64,000 nucleotides of DNA. It comes from Heterodontus francisci (lineage: Eukaryota). Numbering within the stretch: position 1 is the stretch's first letter; every line of letters begins with the position of its first letter. Both the position numbers and the translations under genes were made by a program. The stretch spans positions 122,869,593 to 122,933,592 of the forward strand of contig NC_090378.1 in NCBI RefSeq assembly GCF_036365525.1. The letters are read 5' to 3'. Positions 33,053 through 44,500 of this stretch are shown one piece after another. The notes below the pieces were generated by a model that worked only from the letters and a program-made list of their open reading frames with translations, had not been told where the DNA came from and did no database searches.

Positions 33053-33985
33053 ATGGCTGAACGTGTGAGAGAGCGTGCACCAAGCTTTTCTGATGATGTG
33101 TTACAGGTCTTGGTGGAAGATGTGGAAAGAAGGAGAGACATCCAGTATCCACAGAGAGGTAGGAACTCCTCCAGATAGATGTTCAAGAGACAGTGTGAAG
33201 AAGTAATAGCAGAGCTCAATGTCAGGAGTGTTGCTCCAAGAACAAGAATGCAGGAAGAAGTTTAATGATCTGACACGAGTTGTCAAGGTGACTGAGTGCA
33301 TCTTCAAATGGCAGATCCTACCAACTGCATCACTAACCTCATCCATTGCTCAATTCACCAAACCCACATCACCCAGCCACCAACAAACTCTATAAATCAG
33401 TATTCAACCCTTCAATTCATAGGATTTACCTCACCCTCACACACTTAGCATTACTGCCAACCTTGTACCAACAACTCACAGCTAGCACACAGCTATTCAA
33501 CCATGACAGCCACATCAAACATATTACAGGACACTCACTCTCACACTTCTCTCTTTCTTATAGGAGAAGGTGGTTCATAATAGAGGCAACAAGAAGGAAC
33601 TGGAGGCGGACAAGCAGGTCTGCAGATTTTAACCCTCACGGAGGAGACAGTGCTGGTCAATATGGGAAGGGGCATCGCTGAGGCCATGGACACTGGTGGG
33701 GCTGGAGAGATCGATGATAAGGTTGTCTGTATACCTAATCCTCCTTCTCTCATCACACAATCTCTTCAGACTCTCAAGCTGCAGACGGTGTAAACATGCA
33801 CTTCTTACTTTCTCCTCTCCCCTCACCACAACCCAATCCTTGTCCATATTCATTTCAGGTACCCGAAAACTGGGAGCTTCCCAGTCAGGGAGGAAGAGGC
33901 AGAAAACAAGGAAGATAAAGAGACACCGTCACTCAATCTTACACTTACAGCCACCAGTATTTTAGAGGCTAAGATAGAGGAGGGA
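33053..33985 (+). pseudogene. PIF/Harbinger transposon Myb/SANT-like DNA-binding gene relic with two introns
   Basis: Exon 1 33053-33287: MAERVRERAPSFSDDVLQVLVEDVERRRDIQYP...*...ELNVRSVAPRT/CRKKFNDLTRVVK then GT. Exon 2 33564-33721: EKVVHNR/..GTGGGQAGLQILTLTEETVL. Exon 3 from 33859. Canonical GT-AG sites; one stop and frameshifts. Confidence 0.75.
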
Positions 33986-34090
33986 TCCAGATAGACTGAT
34001 TTATAGTTAGAGTTTCTGCCAGGTTAACTGTGTCTTAAAGGGACACGGTCTCTTTAATTACTCTTACTATTAACCATTTCAGCACTGAAA

Positions 34091-35605
34091 TGTTTCTGCC
34101 TCCACCACCCTTTCAGGCAGTGAGTTCCAGACCCCCACCACCCTCTGGGTGAAAGAATTACTCCTCAACTCACCTCTAATCCTTCCACCAATTACTTTAA
34201 GTCTATGCCTCCTGGTTATTGACCTCTCTGCTGAGGGAAATAGGTCCTTCCTATTCACTCTATCTTGGCCCCTCATAATTTTATACACCTCAATTAAACC
34301 TCCCCTCAGCCTCCTCTGTTTCAAAGATTACAACCCCAGCCAATCCAATCTTTCCTCATAGCTGAAATTCTCCATTCCTGGTAACATCCTTGTAAATCTC
34401 CTCTGTACCCTCTCTTGTGTGATCACATTCTTCCTGTAATGTGGTGACCAGAACTGTACACAGTACTCTAGCTGTGGTCTGACGATCCACTGATTTAAGG
34501 TGATTGGTGGAAGGATTAGAGAGGACATGAGGAAACACATTTTCACCCAGAGGGTGGTGGGTATCTGGAATTCACTGCCTGGATCAGTGGTGAAGGCAGA
34601 AACCCTCAACTCATTTCAAAGGTACCTGGACCTGCACCTGAAGTGCTGTAACCTGCCAGGCTATGGACCAGGTGCTGGAAGGTGGGATTAGAATGGGCAG
34701 CTTGTTTGTTCAGCCAGCGCAGCCACGATGGGCTGAATGGTCTCTTTCTGTGCCGTAACCTTTCTATGGTTCTAACTAGTGTTTTATACAGTTCCAGAAT
34801 AACCGCTTTGCTCTTATAGTCTAGGCCTCAGCTAATAATGGAAAGTATTCCATATGCCTTTTTGACCACCTTTTCTACCTGTCCTGCTACTTTCAGGGAG
34901 CTGTACAGATAAACTCCAAGTTCCCTCTATTCCTCTACACTTCTCAGAATCCACCATTTATTGTATATTCATTTGCCTGGTTTGTCCTGCCCAAATTCAT
35001 TCCCTCTCACTTCTCTGGATTAAGTTCCATTTGCCATTTTTCTGCTTACCTGACCAGTCCATTGATATCTTCCTGCAGTCTACAGCTTTCTTCCTCACTA
35101 TCCACCACACGGACAATCTTTGCATCATCTGCAATCTTTTTAATCATGCCCCTACATTGAAGTTTAAATCATTGATATATACACAAATAGTGAGGGACCC
35201 AGTACTGAGACCTGTGGAACCCACTGGAAAGAAACTTCCAGTCACTAAAACACCTGCCAACCAGAATCCTTTGCTTCCTGTCACTGATCCAATTTCCCAC
35301 TTTCCCTCGGATCCCATGGGCTTTTAATTTTCTGAACAGTCTGCCATGTGGAACGTTATCAAAAGCCTTGCTAAACTCCATGTAGACTGCATCAAACATG
35401 CTGCCCTCATTGACGCTCCTTGTAACCTCCTCAAAAAATTCAATCAACTTAATCAGACATGACCTTCCCTTAACAAATCCAAGATCACTGTCCTGGATCA
35501 ATCTGTGCCTCTCTAAATGATGATTTATATGGTCTATCAGAATGTTTCCAATAATTTTCCCACCACTGCAGTTAGGCTGACTGGCCTGTAATTACTCAGG
35601 TTTTC
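34091..35605 (-). mobile_element. CR1 LINE fragment (same subfamily as 692-4182) with a + strand CR1 3' piece nested at about 34481-34772
   Basis: QRRLRGGLIEVYKIMRG, YMEFSKAFDNVPHGRL; flanks rejoin as CTAGCTGTGGTCT|AACTAGTGTTTT. Confidence 0.88.
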
Positions 35606-35857
35606 CCTTCCTTGTGCTGTGCTAGATATTATTTGCTCTTTGACAGGATGTAGAATAGATTTGTTAAAATGTTACCTTGATTTCACTAAGTAGTGAGAAT
35701 CGATGCAAGGTTAAGGGGTATAAAAGTACTACTCACTTTCGGTGAGGTGATGACAACACATTAAGGTCACTAAAGACTGTTGTAATTCTGTGTAAATAGC
35801 TGGATAAGCCACTTTATCAACACTGATGCAGTCTCTAGTCAGATATCTACGCTGTTG

Positions 35858-36115
35858 AGTGGCGACCAGAATTGCACGCAATATTCTAAGTGTGGCCTAA
35901 CTAAGGTTCTGTACAGCTGCAGCATGACTTGCCAATTTTTATACTCTATGCCCCGACCGATGAAGGCAAGCATGCCGTATGCCTTCTTGACTACCTTATC
36001 CAACTGCGTTGCCACTTTCAGTGACCTGTAGACCTGTACGCCCAGATCTCTCTGCCTGTCAATACTCCTAAGGGTTCTGCCATTTACTGTATACCTCCCA
36101 CCTGCATTAGACCTG
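35858..36115 (-). mobile_element. Internal CR1 RT fragment
   Basis: Reverse complement resembles 27690-27920 (VVKKAYGMLAFIGRG, RPHLEYCVQFWSP). Confidence 0.8.
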
Positions 36116-36470
36116 TCTTGTGGGTCCTTTGCCTGTTCTAGTGCTCCTACACAGTGCTACCCCAGTGGATACAGCATGGCTGGTGGAAGGTTACTGACTT
36201 TCACTGGGGGAGACTGCAGATAGCCTTGCAGGGAGTACTCAATCTGCTCTAGGCCGAGGAGGCCTGGCTTCAGACTGCAGCACTTCAGCATGGGTGGCAG
36301 TATTTAGCTGGCTGACTAACAGGCAACAGCAGGGGTACTGGAGAGTGACAGTGATGGGAATATAAACACTTTCATCCTGAGAGAGGACAGCAGGTTTGTG
36401 CTCCACGGAGCCACTGCCACTACCCCGGGTGACACCTCCACAATCCTAGTAATCTGCTGGAGCACAGAGT
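36116..36470 (-). pseudogene. Decayed coding fragment, probably the C-terminal part of a Harbinger Myb/SANT-associated protein; continues at 41033-41180
   Basis: SVLQQITRIVEVSPG..SVEHKPAVLSQD...SAVSPSESQ*PSTSHAVSTGVALCRSTRTGKG. Joins in frame to LSAAVEAQ...QRGLQDHTAAQH when the CR1 between them is removed. Family assignment is from recall only. Confidence 0.45.
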
Positions 36471-39400
36471 TACAGAAATCATACAAGTTACAGCACAGAA
36501 GGAGGCCATTCAGCCCATTGTGTCCACACTATCTAACAAGGAGCCATCCAGCCTAATCCCACTTTCCAGCTCTTGGTCCATAGTCTTTATCACTTCAAGT
36601 ACATATCCAAGAACTTTTTAAATGTTACGAGGGTTTCTGCCTCTACCATCCTTTCAGGCAGTGAGTTCCAGATCCCCACCACCCTCTGGGTTAAAAAGTC
36701 CCCCTGAATTCCCTCTAAACCTCCTACACCTTACCCTAAATCTATGCCTCTGGTTATGGACCCTTCAAGCAAGGGGAATAGATCCTTCCTATCCACTCTG
36801 TCGAGACCCCTCATAATTTTATACACTTCACTTAGGTCTCTCCTCAGCCCTCTCTGTTCCAAAGAAAACAACCCTAGCCGATCCAATCTTTCCTCATAAC
36901 TAAAATTCTCCGGTCCCAGCAACATCCTTGTAAATCTCCTTTGTATCCTCTCCAGTGCAATCCCATCTTTCCTGCGGTGTGCGGTGACCAGAACTGCACA
37001 CAGTACTCCAGCTGTGGACTAACTAGTGTTTTATACAGTTCCAGTATAACCTCCCAGTTCTTATATTTCATGACTCAGTTAATGAAGACACGTATCCCAT
37101 GTGCCTTCTTGACCACCATATCTACCTGTCCAGCCACTTTCAGGGATCTGTGAACGTGCACTCCAAGGTCCCTCTGTTCCTCTACATTTCTCAGTAACCT
37201 ACAATTTATTGTGTATTCCTTTGCCTTGTCAGCCTTCCCCAAATGCATTACCTCACACTTCTCCGGATTGAACTCCATTTGCCACTGCTCTGCCCACCTG
37301 ACTAGTCCATTGATATTTTCCTGCAGTCTACAGCTTTCTTATTTATTAACAACCACACGGACAATGTTTGTATCGCCTGCAAATTTCTTATTTATACCCA
37401 CTACATTGAAGTAAAGGCCTGCTCAGGTCGGGGAAAAAGAACCCAACCCAAACCAGACCGAACCACAGTGGACCCGAGCCCGACCTGGCCCGAGTCCCTC
37501 CGATTTTGCCCCAAGCCCGACCCGACCCGAGCCCGACTCGACCATCCCTTTCCTTACCTTCCGACTCGGAACGTCCAGGAAGCTGCAGCATGTGTGTGAT
37601 GGCATCATAGAGACGTCACTCACTAAGTGCACACACTCAGTTTCCTTGCTTGACGTCCCGGACTCCCAGCTCAGGTAAGTTTTATTTAATTTTAATACTG
37701 ACCAGAAGAGCAATAACCGTCTGTGTCCAGCCTGACCCGGACACGGACCCGAACCCGGCCCGATCTGAGCCCGAAAACTGGACCTGGAAGAGGGGCCCAA
37801 CCCGACCTGAACCAACACATGTCGTCGGGTCCCGTCGGGTCCCGGTCGGGTCACAGGCCTTTACATTGAAGTCCAAATCATTGATATATCCTGCAAAAAG
37901 CAAGAGACCTGGTACTGAATCCTGCAGAACCCATTTGGAAACAGTCTTCCAGTCACAAAAGCACCCATCAACCATTATCCTTTGTTTCCTGCCTCTGAGC
38001 CAATTTTGAATCTATCTTGTCACTTTGCCTTGGTCCCCTGGGCTTTTACTTTCATGACCAGTCTGCCATGTGGGACTTTATCATAAACCTAGGTATAATC
38101 CATATAGACTACATCAAACGCACTACCCTCATTGACTCTCCTTGTTTCCTCTTCAAGAAATTCAATCACTGTAGTCAGACACAACCTTCCCTCAACAAAT
38201 CCATGCTGACTGTCTGTGACTAATCCATGTCTGTCTAAATGAAGATTTATCCTGTCCCTCAGAGCTTTTTCCAATATTTTTCCCACCACCGGAGGTAGGC
38301 TGTAATTACTCGATCTATTCCTTTCTCCCGTTTTAAACAATGGGACAATGTGAACTGTCCTCCAGTCCTCTGGCACCACACCTGTAGACAGAGAATATTG
38401 GAAAATGATGGTCAGAGCCTCTGCTGTTTCTTCTCTTGCTTCATTTAACAGCCTAGGATGCATTTCATCTGGGCCTGGTGATTTAACCACTTTCAAACAT
38501 GTTAAATCCCTTAATATCTCATCTCATTATATTAGTTTTATCTAACATTGCACACTCCTCCTCCCTGATTGCAATTTCTGTATCATCCCTCTCTTTAGTG
38601 AAAACAAATGCGAATCCTCCTCCTTCATCCACAGGTTACCCTGGTGGACCCAAATAGGCTCTACTCTTTCTTTCATTATAATCTTGCCTTTCTGTATTTC
38701 TAAAAAAACCTTCAGTTTTCTTGATTTTATTTGACTTGCCAATTTTTTTCATGCCCTCTCTTTGCTTTCCTAATTTCCTTTTTAATTTCACCCATACACT
38801 TTTTATACTCCTCTCGATTTTCTGCCTTGGTATCTGTCATTAATCTTCCTGTTTTACTTTATCCTCTCCTTTCAGCCCCTTGACATCCACAAGACTCTGG
38901 ATTTGTTAGTCCCACCCTTTTTCTTTAAGGGAACATACTTGCTCTGAATCCTTACGATCTCTTCCTTGAATGCCTCCCACTCATCCAGCACTGATTTACT
39001 TTCAAGTAACTGTTTCCAATCCCATTTAGCTAAATCACATTTCAGCTTAGTAAAATTAGCTTTTCCCCAGTTGAGAACTTTTATTCCTGGTCTGTCTTTG
39101 TCCTTTTCCATAACTATTCTAAATCAAACTGAATTATGATCACTTCCATCAAAGTGCACCCCGTCCGATCCCCCTTCCACCTGCCCAGCTTCATTCCCTA
39201 AAATTTTGTCCAGTCTCACAATCCCTCTTGTTGGACTTGATACATACTGGATAACAATGTTCTCCTCAATGCATTTGAAGAATTCTGTGACCACTGAGTC
39301 TTTCACATAAACTCTACCCCAGTTAATATTGGGGCAGTTGAAATCCCCTACTATTACTGTTTAATTGTTTTTGCAATTCTGAAATTTGTCTACATATTTG

Positions 39401-41032
39401 CTCTTCTCTCTCCTCACAGTTTCAGGGTCTATAGCACACTCCCAGTAGTGTGATTGCCCCTGTTTTGTTCTTCAGTTCAACCCATATGGCAACATTTGAT
39501 TATCCTCCGACCATATCTTCTCTTCTCACAGCTATAATTGTTTCTTTAATCAATATTGCAACTCACCCCCTCCTGAGATATCCCCATCTCTGTCTCGTCT
39601 GAAAACCCTGTAACTAGGAATGTTGAGCTGCCATTCCTGCCCTTCTTTCAGCCATGTCTCAGTAATAGCTATAATATCATACTGCCATGTGTCAATCTGT
39701 GCTCTCAGCTCATCAGCCTTATTTCCTCAACTTGTATTGAAGGATATATTATTTAGCTCTGTCAAACTCCCTTGTTTATTTTCTAACCTTCGTTTTCTCT
39801 GCCTTCCAAACACGCTGACTAATTTACTGCCTTCCATTTCCAACTTTACTTCTCTCTCTTCTGAATCTAATCTCAGGTTCCCATCCCTGTGCTCAGCTAG
39901 TTTAAACTCTCCCCAACAGCACGAGTAAAACTCACTGCGAGGATATTGGTCCCGGCCCTGTTGATTTGCAAACAGTCCGTCTTGTCCAGGTCCCACCTCC
40001 TCCAGAAGCAGTCCCAAAGCCTCAGGAATCTAAAGCCCTCCCTCCTGCATAATATCTCCAGCTCTATGTATTCATCAGCTCTATCTTCCTATTTCTGTAC
40101 TCACTAACGCGTGGCACTGGGAGTAATCTGGAGATTAATACTTTGGAGGTTCTGCTTTTCAATCTCCCTCCTAGCTGCCTAAATTCTGCATCAGGACCTC
40201 ATCCCTCCTTCTGCCTCTGTCATTGGTGCCAATATGGACCACGACCTCTGGCTGTTCACTCTCCCCTGTCAGAATGTCCTGCTGACTCTCAGTGATATCC
40301 TTGTCCCTGGCACCAGGGAGGCAACATACCATCATGGTAACACCTCTGCAGTCACAGAAGCACCTGTCTATTCTCCTCACTATCGAAGTCCCTCCCACTA
40401 TTGCTCTTCAACTCTTCTTCCTCCCTCCCTGTACAGCTGAGACACCCATGGTGCTGTGGACTTGGCTCTGCCTGCACACCCCAGTGGAACCATCACTCTG
40501 ACCAGTATTCAGAACTGAATACCAGTTAGAGATTGAGACGCACTCATGGGATCACTGTCCTGCATGCCTGGTCCTCCTTGTTCTTCTGGCCCTCACCCAT
40601 TCCCCTCTGCCAGCACATTTTTAAACTGCAGGGTGACCACCTCCAGAAAGCTCTCAGCCTCGTGGATGCTGCATGGTGACTCCAGTCACTGCTCAAACTC
40701 CGAAACCCAGAGCATGAGCTGCTGTAACCGGTGACACTTCCTGTACATGTGGTCATCCAGGTCATGAGAAGTGTCCAGGATTTCCCACATGACACAGGAT
40801 GTGTATTCCACAGGGCTGAGGTTCCCTGCCATGTTTTACTTTCTAGACTATTATCTAGAAACACTTAGAGCTGATCACCAGGTCTCGCTGTCTCCCGCTT
40901 CATCACTCAGACTGCTCCGTGTTTTGTCAAAGATCAGAACAGAATCTCTTCAGTCATTGCACTGAATTCCCTCAATCCCCAATTCTCCGAGTTAGGTATC
41001 TGTTGAAGCAGTACTCCATCAAGCTGGACTTG
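36471..41032 (-). mobile_element. Apparently full-length but decayed CR1 LINE (5' UTR, ORF1 with zinc-finger-like and esterase domains, ORF2 EN + RT, 3' UTR)
   Basis: ORF1 ATG at 40832 (MAGNLSPVEYTSCVMWE); SGNH-esterase-like GTSIVR, VCCLPGARDKDI, VVVHIGTND. ORF2 GDFN, SDHNSV, NWGKANF, KSPGPDEMHPRLL, SQHGFVEGR, MEFNPEKCEVMH, RRDLSEVYKIMRG. Confidence 0.9.
37412..37863. mobile_element. hAT (Ac-like) MITE nested in CR1
   Basis: Perfect 10-bp TIR TAAAGGCCTG / CAGGCCTTTA; perfect 8-bp TSD CATTGAAG (37404-37411, 37864-37871); subterminal CCCGA/TCGGG repeats. Confidence 0.92.
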
Positions 41033-41513
41033 GTGCTGGGCTGCTGTGTGATCCTGCAAGCCCCTTTGAGCACTGGCATCCACAGCCATGATGGCAGCAG
41101 TCAGAGCCTGTGTGGCAGCAAGCTCAGATTACAATCCCACAGTCTGAGCTTCCACTGCAGCACTCAGATATTGGGGTGGCCTCTACTTGTACTGCAATTC
41201 ACTCATCCATGTCTCTGATAGTCTGGAAATGTTAATGTGCTCACTTGTGTTTATATTAATCAAATCATCAGAGGAATTTGTAACAGCAATATAATCATGG
41301 AGCTTCAGAGGGCAATATAACCATTGAAACAGGATGATTTGAAGGGATAGAGAGGAATAAAGAGCCTTTGCTGGCTCCATGTGGTTATTCTGATATCACT
41401 TTTATGTATCTTTGATGTGCTCTGATTCAGTGGCAGTATGAATGGAATGTAGATGTAGATAAAGTAGAATGAGGATAAGAATTGTGAGTTAAACACTGCA
41501 TGTTGTATTCATA

Positions 41514-44500
41514 CTGGGTTGTGAAGTGTGATGTTCCTGAGAACACAGACTGGATTGTGAAGTGTGATCTACCTGAGTACACAGACAGGACTGTGAAGTG
41601 TGATGTACCTGAGCACACAGACTGGACTGTGAAGTGTGATGTTCCTGAGTACACAGACTGGATTGTGAAGTGTGATGTACCTGAGTACACAGACTGGATT
41701 GTGAAGTGTGATGTACCTGAGTACACAGACTGGATTGTGAAGTGTGATGTACCTGAGTACACAGACCGGATTGAGAAGTGTGATGTTCCTGAGTACACTG
41801 ACTGGATTGAGAAGTGTGATGTACCTGAGTACACAGACTGAATTGTGAAGTGTGATGTACCTGAGTACACAGACTGGATTTTGAAGTGTGATGTTCCTGA
41901 GTACACAGACTAGATTGTGAAGTGTGATATACCTGAGTACACAGACTAGATTGTGAAGTGTGATGTTCCTGAGTACACAGCCTGGATTGTGAAGTGTGAT
42001 GTACCTGAGTACACAGACTGGATTGTGAAGTGTGATGTTCCTGAGTACACAGACTGGATTGTGAAGTGTGATATACCTGAGTACACAGACTAGATTGTGA
42101 AGTGTGATGTTCCTGACTACACAGCCTGGATTGTGAAGTGTGATGTATCTGAGTACAAAGATTGGATTGTGAAGTGTGATGTACCTGAGTACACAGACTG
42201 GACTGTGAAGTGTGATGTATCTGAGTACACAGAATGCATTGTGAAGTGTGATGTACCTGAGTACACAGAATGGATTGTGAAGTGTGATGTACCTGAGTAC
42301 ACAGACTGGATTGTGAAGTGTGATGTATCTGAGTACACAGACTGGACTGTGAAGTGTGATGTACCTGAGTACACAGACTGGATTGTGAAGTGTGATGTAC
42401 CTGAGTATACTGACTGGATTGTGAAGTATGATGTATCTGAGTACACAGACTGGATTGTGAAGAGTGATGTACCTGAGTACTCAGACAGAATTGTGAAGTG
42501 TGATGTACCTGAGTACACAGACTGGATTGTGAAGCTTGATGTACCCGAGTACACAGACTGGATTGTGAAGTGTGATGTACCTGAGTACACAGACTGGATT
42601 GTGAAGTGTGATGTATCTGAGTACACAGACTGGACTGTGAAGTGTGATGTATCTGAGTACACAGAATGCATTGTGAAGTGTGATGTACCTGAGTACACAG
42701 AATGGATTGTGAAGTGTGATGTACCTGAGTACACAGAATGGATTGTGAAGTGTGATGTACCTGAGTACACAGTCTGGTTTGTGAAGTGTGATGTACCTGT
42801 GTACACAGACTGGATTGTGAAGTGTGATGTATCTGAGTACACAGTCTGGACTGTGAAGTGTGATGTATCTGAGTACAAAGATTGGATTGTGAAGTGTGAT
42901 GTACCTGAGTACCCAGACTGGACTGTGAAGTGTGATGTATCTGAGTACACAGAATGCATTGTGAAGTGTGATGTACCTGAGTACACAGAATGGATTGTGA
43001 AGTGTGATGTACCTAAGTACACAGTCTGGTTTGTGAAGTGTGATGTACCTGTGTACACAGACTGGATTGTGAAGTGTGATGTATCTGAGTACACAGTCTG
43101 GACTGTGAAGTGTGATGTACCTGAGTACACAGACTGGATTGTGAAGTGTGATGTACCTGAGTATACTGACTGGATTGTGAAGTGTGATGTATCTGAGTAC
43201 ACAGACTGGATTGTGAAGAGTGATGTACCTGAGTACTCAGACAGAATTGTGAAGTGTGATGTACCTGAGTACACAGACTGGATTGTGAAGCGTGATGTAC
43301 CCGAGTACACAGACTGGATTGTGAAGTGTGATGTACCTGAGTACACAGAATGGATTGTGAAGTGTGATGTACCTGAGTACACAGACCGGATTGTGAAGTG
43401 TGATGTATCTGAGTACACAGATTGGATTGTGAAGTGTGATATACCTGAGTACACAGTCTGGTTTGTGAAGTGTGATGTACCTGTGTACACAGACTGGATT
43501 GTGAAGTGTGATGGATCTGAGTACACAGACTGGACTGTGAAGTGTGATGTACCTGAGTACACAGACTGGATTGTGAAGTGTGATGTACCTGAGTATACAG
43601 ACTGGATTGTGAAGTGTGATGTACCTGAGTACACAGACTGGATTGTGAAGTGTGATGTACCTGAGTACACAGACAGAATTGTGAAGTGTGATGTACCTGA
43701 GTACACAGACTGGATTGTGAAGCGTGATGTACCCGAGTACACAGACTGGATTGTGAAGTGTAATGTACCTGAGCACACAGACTGGATTGTGATGTGTGAT
43801 GTACCTGAGTACACAGCCCAGATTGTGAAGAGTGATGTACCTGAGTACACAGACTGGATTGTGAAGTGTGATGTACCTGAGTACACAGACTGGATTGTGA
43901 AGTGTGATGTACCTGAGTACACAGACTGGATTGTGAAGTGTGATGTACCTGAGTACATAGCCCGGATTGTGAAGAGTGATGTACCTGTGTACACAGACTG
44001 CATTACGAAGTGTGATGTACCTGAGTACACAGACTGGATTGTGAAGTGTGATGAATCTGTGTACACAGACTGGATTGCGAAGTGTGATGTACCTGAGTAC
44101 ACAGTCTGGTTTGTTAGGTGTTATATACCTGAGTACACAGACCGGATTGAGAAGTGTGATGTTCCTGAGTACACTGACTGGATTGAGAAGTGTGATGTAC
44201 CTGAGTACACAGACTGAATTGTGAAGTGTGATGTACCTGAGTACACAGACTGGATTTTGAAGTGTGATGTTCCTGAGTACACAGACTGGATTGTGAAGTG
44301 TGATGCACCTGAGTGCACAGACCGGATTGAGAAGTGTGATGTTCCTGAGTACACTGACTGGATTGAGAAGTGTGATATACCTGAGTACACAGACTAGATT
44401 GTGAAGTGTGATGTTCCTGAGTACACAGCCTGGATTGTGAAGTGTGATGTACCTGAGTACACAGACTGGATTGTGAAGTGTGAAGTACCTGAGTACACAG

